Positions 27,666-40,975 are shown, numbered from the stretch's first letter. The stretch: 64,000 nt of DNA from Eledone cirrhosa (GCA_964016885.1 OZ024748.1:16120001-16184000); one strand, 5' to 3'. The notes: generated from the letters alone by a model not told the origin. A program made the numbers and translations.

Positions 27666-28024
27666 TATAAACTAAACTAAATCAAAGAATTCCAGCAATG
27701 TCTGGAATGGTTTAGTCTGCAGAATATCTGAATATATTCTGGTTAGATTAATCTAGATGATGCTACCTATTCTCAGATTCTTGCACTTTAAAAAAGAATT
27801 GATTATTATAAGAACTAGATGGACGTCGCTGTAATCATAGGATGGTTTATAGATTTCACCAGGTGAGAAAATTGATTGATTCACCCGGTGAGAAAATTAT
27901 TTGATAGTTTACCTGAAGAGAAGCTCACAGTTGAAAATTATCTCAGAAATTATCTGATCATTTCGCTGAAGGAAAATAAAATCTCACAAATGATGAGGGG
28001 ACTAAGTGCAGAAGCCTGCTGTAG

Positions 28025-28095
<71 letters not shown>

Positions 28096-28097
<2 letters not shown>

Positions 28098-28580
28098 TAT
28101 TTCGTATCTCCAAGGAAATACGGTTTTAGGAAGCCATAGTGGCGTTAGCCCCCCGGTGGTTGCATAGCTACGGCTTCCTAAAACCGTATTTCCTTGGAGA
28201 TACGAAATACTTATACATATTGTATAAAGCTATGCTTGAAGCGAAATCCTATTTCTTTGTTATTATAAGTTGAGCCAACTATTGCAGCTTCATATGCAAA
28301 TGAGATTAATCACCTCATTTACACAGACGATAAATGTATATAGTCTCGGCTGTCTTCTAGTCCAGCAGTCGCAAGCGGTGGGCGGGACCGTCCTGATGAA
28401 GGCCAGTTAAGCCTGAAATGCATAGACGGTTGTGCCCCTTGCTTCTGCTGGACATCACCAGAGGGCGTTAGCCCACCGATGTTTGCATAGCTACAGCTTC
28501 CTAAAACCGTATTTCCTTGGAGATACGAAATACTTATACATATTGTATAAAGCTATGCTTGAAGCGAAATCCTATTTCTT
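28096..28580 (+). mobile_element. Retrozyme-like / non-autonomous Penelope-like element: 323-bp unit with 117-bp direct terminal repeat and 44-bp inverted 5' cap
   Basis: 28141-28257 is repeated at 28464-28580 (offset 323). 28096-28139 is the reverse complement of 28168-28211. Hammerhead at 28387-28430; (TA)n on both sides. Confidence 0.75.
28387..28430 (+). ncRNA. Type I hammerhead ribozyme (minimal, palindromic stem III)
   Basis: accgtc CTGATGA aggc-cagttaa-gcct GAAA tgca TA gacggt: perfect 6-bp stem I, 4-bp stem II, ATGCAT palindrome; predicted cleavage after 28424. Confidence 0.88.
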
Positions 28581-28591
28581 ATATATATATA

Positions 28592-28792
28592 TTAATATAG
28601 AAATGGCATCTACAGGACTAGAACTGTTTCATTCGGGAGAAATTATCAGGAAGAGTTAGCTTCCTGATGATTTCTCCCGAATGAAACAGTTCTAGTCCTG
28701 TAGAAGCCATTTTTATATTAAATATTTATACTCTGCTATGTATTGAGTACCTTACTTACTGTGGTTACCCCTGATTGAACCTGGGATAAACT
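28592..28792. mobile_element. Palindromic hammerhead-bearing element (62-bp arms plus ~70-bp tail); second copy at 32565-32750
   Basis: Arms 28592-28653 / 28660-28721; tail tatttatactctgctat.tattgagtaccttacttactgtg... shared with 32675-32750. Confidence 0.8.
28659..28707 (+). ncRNA. Type I hammerhead ribozyme motif
   Basis: gcttc CTGATGA t-ttc-tccc-gaa-t GAAA cag-ttctagtc-ctg TA gaagc. The left-arm copy has the core mutated to CTGATAA. Confidence 0.8.
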
Positions 28793-28822
28793 TATATATA
28801 TATATATATATGTGTGTGCGTA

Positions 28823-29122
28823 CAGGGTGTCCCGAAAAAATGTATACCATTTGAAGTCCACACTGTAAAGTGGTCATGTAGGAGATACAGTAAAATGGCT
28901 CCGAGTCCACACTGTAAAACTGGTTGCTGTTAGGAAGGGCATCCAGCTGTAGAAAACATGCCAGAGACACTTCCGTATGAGCGAGACACTGTCTCCCGAC
29001 CAATTCCACATCAAATGGAATAAAGCTGTCTAAGCCATGCTAGTGTTGAAGATGGACGTTAAACGATCATGATGATGTTATACAGGTAATCAAAGTGTGT
29101 ATACAGTTTTTGGGACACCCTG
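28823..29122. mobile_element. Tc1/mariner-type MITE (cagggtgtcc TIRs) with an RTE-tail fragment inserted
   Basis: ta-cagggtgtcccgaaaaaatgtatac ... gtatacagtttttgggacaccctg-ta; an uninterrupted relative lies at 60470-60546. Confidence 0.75.
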
Positions 29123-29144
29123 TATATACTCATGAGTGTGTGTG

Positions 29145-29190
<46 letters not shown>

Positions 29191-29858
29191 AAAGGTAAAC
29201 AGAAACAGCAACACAATCGGTACAGTATATGGAAGGAATATATTAGGTTAATGATTGAAATAGTAGGAAAAGGGTCTTAACGTTTTGGACGCTAGCCCTT
29301 CATCAGAAGAATGAGAAATTTGAAAGATTGGAGGGATAGGCAGGATGGAATACATACACATGTATATACCTATAGATATATTGTGAGAGCTGACACCAAA
29401 TTTCTAAAACTGGCAAATGAGATGACAAAGGAACGCAACAAGTGGAAAGACGCCACGCTGAGAAGGACCTGTTCAACCCATGCAAGCATGGAAAAGCAGA
29501 TGTAAAAATGACGATGATGATATGTATATATATATATAACATCATCATCATCTACATCACCATTTTACATTCAGATCTCCAGTTTTGCCAAGCGCTTAAC
29601 ATCCACCCTAGTATTGGTCACCTACTTGCCCAGTTTACTTTGTAAACTGGCTGGTGATAAGGAAGGGTATCCAGCTATAGAAAACTTACCAAGCAAAGGT
29701 TTGGTAGAACTCTCAGCAGTGTTAAAGATATGACAACTCCTCTAGTGCTGGTGCCATGATAACATGAACTTAGTATAACATGTAAACGATTTCTAAATGT
29801 GATGCGAGCCCCTGACCTGCATGAGCACCTGGTAGAATACAAGAGTGTAAGACAGATA

Positions 29859-30279
29859 TGTTTCTTTATTAGCCACAGGGGCACAAAAGAAGGGGACAAA
29901 TACAAAGGGGGAAGTTTACATACAATAAAAACGTTTAAAATGTTATCACAAATGCAATTTAAAAGTTAGTCGATTTTCCCCAATAGGGGGAGACAGTTTA
30001 TATGGGTAACACATACCCCCCAAAAAATGTGCAACCCTCATCTCCAGGAGTACGAAGAGTTTGTACTCCTTTCCTCTCCTCCTCCTTTTCCTCAACCTAC
30101 AGGCTGATATAGAGAGAAGGCCCATTCACTCGGGCCATTCTCGGCACTTTCACCCACCTTTCATAAAAGTTGCTGGGGTACAGCACCTCTCTCTCCATCT
30201 TGATTCTTCTTCCAAAGTGGTATTTGAAAAAAAGAATCAGTTGTTGGCCGGAGAGAAAGGTGTCTGACCTCAGCCCTTT
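29859..30279 (-). mobile_element. 5'-truncated L1/Tx1-like LINE with 19-bp TSD
   Basis: Minus-strand KGLRSDTFLSGQQLILFFKYHFGRRIKMERE...ERWV matches the 22.6-22.8 kb copy; caagagtgtaaga(c/t)agata at 29840-29858 and 30280-30298. Confidence 0.85.
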
Positions 30280-31014
30280 CAAGAGTGTAAGATAGATAGA
30301 TACATAATCTGTAATGACTCAGCCAACTGTTGTTAGCAGGGGAAATTAGAGGTATGATTAATATGATGATATACATAGTAAGTCAAGGAATTAGAGAAAA
30401 GAATGACTATAGAGAATTGGTAAATGGAAAATTCACATGGAATGTTGTACAAAGCTAAAAGGTGTTTTCATTCATAAGATACTTGTACTGGGCAATCTTG
30501 TTTATATATATATATGTATCATCATCATCATTTTATGCCCGCTTTTCCCTGCTTGCAAGGGCGGGATGGGTCCTATTCAGCACAGCATCCTTCTACTTGT
30601 CACAGTCCTATGTCATCTCCTATGTGAGCTTCAGTGATCTGAGGTCTGCTCTCACCACCTCCGCCCATGTTTTTCGTGGTCTTCCTCTACTGCATCTTCC
30701 TTCTACTATGAGCACAATATATATATATAGAGAGAGAGGGATAGAGAGATGTAAAATCCTCACTGCAGGCTACTCTCTCTCTATATATATACATATTCTC
30801 TCTATATATGTACATATTCGTGGTAGCACTAAAACAGTGTTTAAGTATGACAGCATTTTATATAAAAACATATATAAACACATATATAAAAAACTACATA
30901 CATAAAACATCAATAAATTATTTCTGAGGTCTGTAGCTGTTTGAGTAATGACTCAGTGTGTGATGACCTGTCCAGCCCTTGCTAACAGGGGAAACTGATT
31001 GTATAATAATGATA

Positions 31015-31058
<44 letters not shown>

Positions 31059-31199
31059 AATAGCAAAGAAATCTGTCTAAGGAATAGTTACTGAACACTG
31101 TCGACAAAGGTTATGGAATAACAATTATGAACAATTTCTGTTGAATTTATTAGTATTCCTGTCTTATTCTGCTTTTATAATAAATTAAGATTTTATTAT

Positions 31200-31431
31200 T
31201 ATTGTTTCTTTACACAGCTTCTAATGGTGGAGATGTATTACAGTGTTAGCTCTTCACTATAAATGAACTGATGTAACACCCCTTATTTTTCAAGTACCTT
31301 CCAGAGCATTCTTGCTGTTCTAAGCAATGCTGTTTTTTTTTCCCATAAGTGTTCCACCTCTATTTTAATCCCTATTTGTTTAACGTACTTCTCAAGATCT
31401 TCACTCACTGTTCCTAAGACTCCAACTATTA

Positions 31432-31432
<1 letters not shown>
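31200..31432 (-). mobile_element. R4/Dong-like (RLE) non-LTR retrotransposon 3' end
   Basis: Minus-strand IIVGVLGTVSEDLEKYVKQIGIKIEVEHL..KTALLRTARMLWKVLE resembles the R4-clade C-terminus; (TAA)n on both sides. Confidence 0.65.
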
Positions 31433-31467
<35 letters not shown>

Positions 31468-32417
31468 TAGGCTTTGTTCAACTTTAAATAAATAATACCT
31501 TCTTCAAACTTTAGTTTCATTTTAAATTTTTACTCAAGATTTCTATCAAACACACTAAACAAAAATATTTCTTATTTAATTTACATTCAGACTTTTTGTC
31601 TCCTAGCTTTCGTCTATCTTCTTTCAGTTTTATTCCTCATATTGTTTCTTATAAGCAAACTTCATGGTTACCAGATAAGAGAACACACAAAATGTCTGTG
31701 TTTATTTCCTTGCTTAACCATGATTTAATACAGCTTTTGTCTATTTTCATTATTCCAATGAGTTACAGTTGGCTTTATACATTTATTATATTATATTTTA
31801 TTATATATATATATATATATTCTTTTATTCAGTTCAGCTCTGAAGACAAAACAAATCAAATCTATGAGTAAAAGAAATCAACAATTCATTAGAATATAAT
31901 ACCAACCATATGATGGTACTTTCCAACATTCCTATTGTATTCCTTATGTAGAAATACATGCATTAGTTAGTTTCCTGAAGTTTCTTTTCTGAAATGGTAC
32001 AAAAAAAAAATGTGATTGGTAGTTTGGTGTATTAAATATTGTCAATACTATAATTGTTAGTAGCATAGACATAAGATATGTGGCTCAATGGTTAATGTGT
32101 GTGTGTTGGTTTCAGGATTGTAGAGTTGTGAGTATAAATGAAGGATAGAAAGTTAGGGCCCATTGACTGAGTTCTTGCCATTTCGACAGTAAGCAAATTC
32201 CAGACTACATTCTACTACCACAAGTATTGACTACTCTGCAGAAAAATTCTCTTACTAGTTTAAACTGGTAAAATCCTGATCTATATATATATGTATATAT
32301 ATCATCATCAACGTTTAACGTCCGTGTTCCACGCTTGCATGGGTTCGGAATATATACAATATATTAATATATATACAATATATTAATAAATGGAAACTAT
32401 ATTTATAAAACTATAAT

Positions 32418-32482
32418 TATTTTATTATATATATTTCAAGGGCAACCAAGGCAATCTTGGTGCGCCTTCATCAGATAAAATA
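32418..32482 (-). ncRNA. Type I hammerhead ribozyme motif
   Basis: Minus strand tattttat CTGATGA aggcgcaccaag-attgc-cttggttgccctt GAAA tatata TA ataaaata: 8-bp stem I. Confidence 0.8.
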
Positions 32483-32571
32483 CAAAATTTGTTTTATAAA
32501 TAGTGACATAACCATGGAAAACAACCTTGACGGGTGAAAATTCGCTGGATATATATATATAGAGAGAAATG

Positions 32572-32620
32572 GCTTCTACAGGACTAGAACTGTTTCATTC
32601 GGGAGAAATCATCAGGAAGC
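32572..32620 (-). ncRNA. Type I hammerhead ribozyme motif in the left arm of palindrome 32565-32672
   Basis: Minus strand gcttc CTGATGA tttctcccgaat GAAA cagttctagtcctg TA gaagc, identical to 28659-28707. The right-arm copy (from 32622) has a truncated stem I. Confidence 0.8.
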
Positions 32621-32748
32621 TCTGATGATTTCTCCTGAATGAAACAGTTCTAGTCTTGTAGAAGCCATTTCTATATTAAATATTTATACTCTGCTATCTA
32701 TTGAGTACCTTACTTACTGTGATTACCCCCGATTTAACACGGGATAAA

Positions 32749-32810
<62 letters not shown>

Positions 32811-33799
32811 GGTATGTTGTGTCCTTGAGCAAGAAACTTTATTCCACATAGCCCCAGTCTATGCAACTGGAAAAAGTATTAGTTGTGATGACATTGGTGT
32901 CAAACTGTATTTGGTTTTTGTCCTTCCCATAGACAACATTAGTGGAATTGGGAGGGGGACTGCATGCATGGGTGACTGCTAGTCTTCCACAAAACATCCT
33001 ACCCAGGCATGTGCCTCAGAGAGGCAAACGTATAGTCAGTCAACCATGACGAATCTTCCTGAGAATTACATTAAGAGCATACATGTCTGTGGAATACTGA
33101 ATCTCTTATATGAGAATGTTAGTGACAAGTTGTCACAGTCGGTAGAGAATTGGAGTAAAAACCTTGAAGTATTTATTCCAGCACTCTACACTTGGAGTTC
33201 AAATCCCACCAACGTTAACTTTTAACGGTGGTGCACCAGCATGGCCTCAGCCTGTTGGCTGGAACACATAGTAGAATAATAGAATACTGTACTGTACACA
33301 CCTTGCCAAACAGCATGTCATGCTGAATCTCCCTGAGAATTAAGTTAAAGGGTACATATGTCAGTGGAATGAACTGTAACTATAATTCAAAGAGTCAACT
33401 ATGTCACACGTTGTGATTTGCTGAATCTCCCTGAGAATTAATTTAAAGGGTACAAATATCAGGGGAAATGTTCAGCCACCTGCAGGTGAATCTGAATCTC
33501 ATGTACAGGCTGTTCTGTTAATAAAAGAACTAGAAACCCAGATCATCAAAACCCAACTGAGAACCATTCCAGGACATACCATATATACATGAACATAAGA
33601 CAACCATACCATTTTATGTCTGGTAAATGGGCAAAAATCCAAACATTATTTACGTAGAATTTAAAGTTGGTGAAAATTCTCAAAATATTGACTTCATTGA
33701 TTTATTTTGGTCTTACATTTCTCAGCTTATATTTGAGTATATATGGTAATTCTATCTCTTTCTGATAGAACTGGAAAATGACAGCAGAGCAGTCTGGTC

Positions 33800-34410
33800 A
33801 TGTCAACTCCCTCAGTAGCCTTCCTAAGGTCATGAACTATCAACTGTCAACTTCCACAGCACTCTTCCCAAGTCCATCAGCATGTCAACTTCCCCAGCAC
33901 CCTTCCCAAGTCCATCACCATGTCAACTGTCAACTTCCATAGCAGCCTTGCCAAGTCCATCACCATATCAACTTCCACAGTAGCCTTTCCATTCCATCAC
34001 CACATCAACTTCCACAGTAGCCTTCCTAAGGTCATCACCATGTCAACCTCCCAGCACCCTTCCCAAGTCCATCACCATGTCAACTGTCAACTTCCATAGC
34101 AGCCTTGCCAAGTCCATCACCATATCAACTTCCACAGTAGCCTTTCCATTCCATCACCACATCAACTTCCACAGTAGCCTTCCTAAGGTCATCACCATGT
34201 CAACCTCCCAGCACCCTTCCCAAGTCCATCACCATGTCAACTGTCAACTTCCATAGCAGCCTTGCCAAGTCCATCACCATATCAACTTCCACAGTAGCCT
34301 TTCCATTCCATCACCACATCAACTTCCACAGTAGCCTTCCTAAGGTCATCACCATGTCAACCTCCCAGCACCCTTCCCAAGTCCATCACCATATCAACTT
34401 CCCCACCACC
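33800..34410. repeat. Higher-order minisatellite, 157-bp unit (about 3 near-identical copies) built of ~35-45-bp subunits
   Basis: ccatgtcaactgtcaacttccatagc starts at 33918, 34075 and 34232. Confidence 0.92.
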
Positions 34411-34705
34411 ATCAGTGGAAATATTGATTATAATACTAACTAGAATTTTATGACTTATTGCTAGATGACTCCACTAACAACAAAAACAACAATAACAAAT
34501 AAAAGGCCATCATATACATTAATTAGTATTTAATAAATAAATAGATGGATATTTAAAGTGTGCATGCTTTAAATCTAAGGAAGTATTTAGCTTTGATATA
34601 TATATATATAAATATATATATATTACCATTATTGTCGTTTTCATGTCTGCTTTTACTCTACATATATATATATGTATGCGTGTGTATATGTGCACATATA
34701 TATGT

Positions 34706-34762
<57 letters not shown>

Positions 34763-35127
34763 ATATATGTGTGTGTGCATATATATATATATATTGTTTT
34801 ACCACCAATCATTCCATTTAATCTCTATAAGACAAAGTGACAGCCTCTCTATTAACGTTCAATCGGATAGAAATAGCAACTAGATCCCCATTCAATCACA
34901 CCCTACTTTCATAAAAAAGTATATATGGTTGGAGATAAGCATGCATTCATAGTTCCGTAACCTTTGAAGGAGTTGTAGGGGCACCATATCAACATTTTTA
35001 GGGCATTTTAAACATTGTGGAGCCAAATCCTCAGTTAGAGATATACTTTATTAAATAAAAGACTGAATAAAAGCTTGTTAACTAAACATTAAAAGACAAG
35101 TATCTTTATTCATCTACTTAATATGAT

Positions 35128-35465
35128 TTCTAGTATCGGCACAAGGTCAGTAATTTTTATTTGGGGTTGGGGGGAGGAAAAATTCGATTAAATCGACCCC
35201 AGTACATTACTGGTGCTTTATTTTAACGACCCTGTAAGGATGAAAGACAAAGTTTCCCTCGGCAGGATTTGAACTCAGATCATAAAGGATGCTTTATGGC
35301 ATAGGGTTACGCTAATCCTAACCTTTTACGGTCTGAGTTCAAATCCTGGTGAGGTTGATTTTGCCTTTCATCCTTACGGGGTCGATAAAATAAAGTACCA
35401 GTCTTGTATTGGCGTCGATTTAATAGACTTGCCCCTCTCCCAGAATTGCTGACCTGTGCCTATAT
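35128..35465. mobile_element. Two family A SINE copies back-to-back in opposite orientation
   Basis: Minus copy ~35128-35290 and plus copy ~35295-35465; catctacttaatatga occurs on both flanks (~35111 and ~35477), a possible TSD. Confidence 0.8.
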
Positions 35466-36064
35466 AAGAATCCATTCATCTACTTAATATGAAACATGGA
35501 AAGAGAATTCCTATATTTTTCTCTGCAAGAAGTGAATAACAAAATGTAATTACTTTTGTTGACATTTTCTGTGAGGCTACTTAAAACTATAGTTAAAACA
35601 ACATTAAATCAGTTTTAGATTTTCTAAAATTCTTTTTTTATCCTCCACTATTAAACCCAGAGGGAAAGGGGAATGCCCATGAAGTATTTTTAGGGTATTT
35701 CAGATGAGAGAAATGTGATGGGGAAGGTATCCTCAAAGCAGACACCTGTCCTGAATGCTTTCAATAGAATTTTCTGTTAAAGGTGTCCAAGGCTTGTTAA
35801 TGGTGACAGATTAAGTTTACCATCCAAGTAAGCCACAATTAGATTTAAACCAAGAAAACTAACAGCTGGAACAAATACCACAAGGCATCCTGACCAATGT
35901 TCTAACAATTTTGCCATTCTATCACTCTCGACTGGTAATTTATTTATATTTTGTTTTCATCTTATCAAATTAATTGTTGATGGTTTCTAGTTTATGCACA
36001 TGAGCAGCAATTTTGGGTGTGTAAAGGGAAAGTTGATTAAATCAAGCTATATATTTAACTTAAG

Positions 36065-36460
36065 GAGAGGTGTGTTGCTTTGTGGTAAGGGTGTTGGACT
36101 TATGATCATAATGCTATTGGTTCGATTCCTGGACTGAACTGTATGTTGGGTTCTTGAGCAAAACACTTCATTTCACATTGCTCCAGTATAATCAGCTGAA
36201 AATGAGTTCTAGCAATAACTGGCGATTCAACCCTGTGATGGACTGGTGTCCTGTCAAGAGGGAGTCTTGTACACTCAGTCACATCACAGACACCAAGATA
36301 AGCACCGCCCTGATGAACTTCCAGTTTTGAAACAGACTTTAACCCTGTGATGGACTGGTGACCTGTCCAAGGGGAATCTTGTGTTCACAGTCATTTAATG
36401 CCATGGAAACAAAACTAAGCAATGGCCTTACGAACCTCCAAGGCTGAAACAGACTTTAGA
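36065..36460 (+). mobile_element. Degenerate tRNA-derived SINE with duplicated 3' part
   Basis: gtggtaagggtgttgg..ggttcgattcc..cttgagcaaaacactt; aaccctgtgatggactggtg occurs twice. Confidence 0.6.
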
Positions 36461-37047
36461 CTTTCTTTTAGATTTGACAGATACGTTAAATTATTGATTC
36501 CAAAAGGATGGAAGGCAAAGGGGACTATGATGAGATTGGGATTGGAACTCAGAATTAAAAAAGTAGAAAAAAATACCACAAAATACATTGTCCCATGTTC
36601 TTAGGGTCCTGCCAATTCTTTACCCTGAATTAGTTATTAACGAAAATATATATTTTTTTGACTTTAACAAAAACTTACATAACTTATTTTACCAAAAATA
36701 ATTTATGAAAGTAACACAGAGCCCTGAGAATATGAAGCCAGTGGCATACGTTATGCTAATATGCCACTGAGTTTATTTATCTAATCAATCAAAAGAGAAG
36801 AAAATAACCAAGTTAATATGTATCAGAATTGTAATAACAAATCGCATAAACTGAATACTAATATCGACTGACTGATTAAATTTAATACTTTCTACTCAAG
36901 TATCACTGTTTTATTACGGTTTATTATGATTAAAGTTTTCCTAGTAACAATAATTTAGTTTCAATATCATTAAAGTTGATTTAAACATAGAAGCAGTAAA
37001 ACTAGTGTCAGGCAGTAAACTAAGTATAGGATGAGGTTCATTTAAGA

Positions 37048-37530
<483 letters not shown>

Positions 37531-38146
37531 GATCAGTGAACACTTTGAAATCACTTAAAGTACAAGAGAACATTTCAACAACTCTGCTGCAAGTCTGTTT
37601 GAGAAGTTAACAATTAGACATAATCAGATTAAGTTATAGTAAATGTGCTACTTTCATTACAACTCAAACTAAAGTCAGAGAATTTCCTGCCACCCCCTCT
37701 TGCTTTGCCCATCGCCAAATATGTTAGAGATATATAAGAATAGTTTTAATGTAATTTTTCTATTTGTAATGTAAGCTAATTCAATAACGTAGTGAAATGT
37801 TCGACAATGTAATAATATTCCAGTATTTTATGGATTTATGAAGCTGGGAGATGAAAACAAGGTAGGCCGAAATTTATAGAATAATAGACATGAATATTAT
37901 AAGAAGCAGTCAGGCCTCATTGATTTTGTGAAGCTGGTAGAGTCCATATCGGAGTAATATTGGTTGAAAAGATGAACAGGTTTCATTGTATTTTATTACT
38001 AGTTCTACGTATATATATATATATATATACACATGCATACATACATATATGTATACATGCATACATACATATATATATGCATAGATACATACATATATAT
38101 ATATGCATAGATATATACATATATATATACATTCATACATACATAT

Positions 38147-38745
38147 ATGGTGGCTGCCAACTCGTTTTCGAGTACGGCCACTACTTTATATCCATGTAGG
38201 AGAACCCCCACCGATGCGCTGAACGAGTGTGACTTCTTAGTCCAGCCAGCGACTTGAAAACTCTGGTACAAACACTACACTTGTGACAATTATTGACACA
38301 GAGTGCTGGGCCCATGGTACCATATGACGACAAGTGTAGAGAGATCTCCAGATATAAAGCAATGCCTGTGCCGTGAAGCTTTTATAGTGAGCAAAGGCAC
38401 TGCACAAAGCCAGTCCCACTCTCTAAACCAAGATGATATTTACCAAAAAGAAGAACAAGTCAACATCATTGGAGTTGCGGGTGTTATATTAGAGTTTTCC
38501 TTCTCCTAGAATTCTGCCTTGATAAAGGCTAAGGGGTCATCCCTCCCGGTGATTTTGGATGGCCATTGACTCTTAAGAGCTCCTTTGCCCTTTGACAGGT
38601 TTTGTTTTTATTCCTGCAGGATGTCCAAAGTCACCCTCCTCACCAAGAAACCTTGGTGGGGTTGCCAGTTTAGTCGCCAACGACCCAACCATGAGTCAGG
38701 TTGTACTGGAATACATGTTACCAGTAGCACCAACTGGTGACCTGA
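38147..38745. mobile_element. Unclassified interspersed repeat; its left ~57 bp recur inverted at ~52116-52171
   Basis: tggtggctgccaactcgttttcgagtacggccactactttatatccatgtaggaga is the reverse complement of 52116-52171; GC-richer than the background and bounded by microsatellites. Confidence 0.5.
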
Positions 38746-38762
38746 CATATATATATGCATAA

Positions 38763-38806
<44 letters not shown>

Positions 38807-39274
38807 TTAAGGGTACTATTTATAGTTATGTATGCAATAAAACCTTTAATGGTAATATATTATATACACAAACCCTAAATAGTGAAAGATAGTCATTAAT
38901 TACTATCCTATTACCAGTAAGATAAATAGCTCAATGTAATAACATCAGTTGTTTTACAGAGCAGTTATATAGAGATTACAATAATCAAAGTTCAGTATAA
39001 ATAAGACACGCGTGCATGCTACACGTGAGATTGTTTCATACACTGACTACTCTAAACTTTCCTCTTGCTTTATCTTCATAGACTGCCAACGCTTCATGTT
39101 TATCTTTATTTTCATTCTTGTTTTTATTTTATTTTTATCCTGTAACCTTTATATATAAATTGCCATGCTATACCATTTGATGAATGTCACCCCACTGTTG
39201 ATCAATATGCGCATATGTTTAATATGTCTCTTGGGTTGAAAAGGAGATCAAGTATGTTATAGATCAGTAAATAG

Positions 39275-39323
39275 TTGCTCCGAAGAATCCAAACCTCGGT
39301 TTGGAGGAAACAATTGTAAGCAA
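39275..39323 (+). ncRNA. Hammerhead motif with core substitution (CCGAAGA)
   Basis: ttgct CCGAAGA a-tccaaac-ctcg-gtttgga-g GAAA caattg TA agcaa. Host element ~38971-39362 has ~25-bp inverted ends (agagattacaataatcaaagttcagt). Confidence 0.7.
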
Positions 39324-39357
39324 ATAAATGACTTAAACTGAACTTTGATTATTGTAA

Positions 39358-39390
<33 letters not shown>

Positions 39391-39666
39391 GCATAGATAC
39401 ATACATATATATATATGCATAGATATATACATATATATATATACATGCATACATATATATATATATATATATATGCATAGATACATACATATATATATAT
39501 GCATAGATATATACATATATATATATACATGCATACATATATATATATATATATATATATGCATAGATACATACATATATATATATGCATAGATATATAC
39601 ATATATATATATACATACATACATACATACATATATATATATACATACATACATACATATATATAT

Positions 39667-39754
<88 letters not shown>

Positions 39755-39769
39755 ATGCATATATATATT

Positions 39770-40129
39770 ATGTTGTTGGACATTGTATCACAGCTATAGA
39801 GCTAGGAGCTATTGAAAGAATGGTGAATGAATTAGCCTTGGAAAAATGTTTCAAAGATTTTCTCAACAAATCTTTTATGAATTTAAAGTCTTGCATGTGG
39901 TTAGAATGTCTCAGGAAAGAATCGCTGGACAGATTTTACGGGCAAAACCAACAGGTAGGAGACCCAGGGGTAGATCCCAAGCTAGGTTGTTGGATAATAT
40001 ACATGGGCTTGGCTGGTCATGGTTGGGGACCCAGCTGGATCAGTTGAAGATGGTTGCTTCTGACAGGACCTGTTGGCAGGAGTGTTTGAGTATTCTTCCC
40101 CGTCTCAGGAATAAGTTGGCAAAGAAGAA

Positions 40130-40176
<47 letters not shown>

Positions 40177-40238
40177 AGAAGAAGAAGAAGAAGAAGAAGA
40201 AGAAGAAGAAGAAGAAGAAGAAGAAGAAGAAGAAGAAG
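39770..40238 (+). mobile_element. RTE-clade LINE 3' end with (AAG)n tail
   Basis: [40 protein letters not shown]; related minus-strand copies at 59480-59830. Confidence 0.8.
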
Positions 40239-40384
40239 AGAAAAATTATAGAAAATATATATTTAAGCCTTTTTTTGTTTCTTTTAGGCTATATCAGTGA
40301 TTCCTAAACCAAAGTTTGCTTAAGTAATAATTGGGGACTGTGAGCTGAGTCAAAATTCTCATTCCTGTATATCTTGATATTAGT

Positions 40385-40690
40385 TATCATCATCATCATC
40401 ATCACTGTTTGACATTCATTTTCCATGCTAGCTTGGGTTAGACAAGTGGTCCTGTTGTGAGACAAATCAGATCAGGCGACTATGTCTTACTGATATGGAA
40501 CTGATTCTGGCTTAGTTTCTACGGCTGGATGTCCTTTCCAACAGCAACAACATTTACAGCATAAATTGGGTGCTTTTTTTAATGAGGCACCAAAATGACC
40601 AACTGACAGGTTGGACTGGATGCTTTTCAACATGTCACCTGCATGACCACCTTATAGGGTGGACCGGGTGCTTTTTGTCATGACTAGTTC
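40385..40690 (-). mobile_element. RTE 3' UTR / SINE tail fragment
   Basis: (CAT)n tail, ccatgctagc..gggttagac and tctacggctggatg domain. Confidence 0.65.
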
Positions 40691-40799
40691 TATATATTTA
40701 TTTGTTATGTCTTGCCATAGTTATAGGATTAAGAACCATTGAAATAATATATGAATAGCTGGAGAAAATGTTTTGAGTTCAAATTTTATTATTGGCAGT

Positions 40800-40975
40800 A
40801 GAGCGGTAGATTGGCAGTTTCGGTGGAGCATCGGACACCTTACTGTGTTCCAAGTTCAAATTCTGCTGAGGTTAGCTTTTCCTTTCATCCTTACAGGGTC
40901 GATTGAATAAAGCACCAGTAATGTACTGGGGTCCATTTAATTGACTTTTCCGTCTCCCCAAATTGCTGGCCTTGA
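40800..40975 (+). mobile_element. Family A SINE
   Basis: Match to the window consensus. Confidence 0.8.

Noticed and set aside
26880-27680. Four overlapping 215-261-aa ORFs
   Set aside because: Trinucleotide-repeat artefacts.
27905-27950. CTGAAGA...GAAA hammerhead-like spacing
   Set aside because: No stem I complementarity and weak stem II.
36305-36340. CTGATGA...GAAAC hammerhead-like spacing
   Set aside because: Part of a SINE tail; no stem I or stem III pairing.
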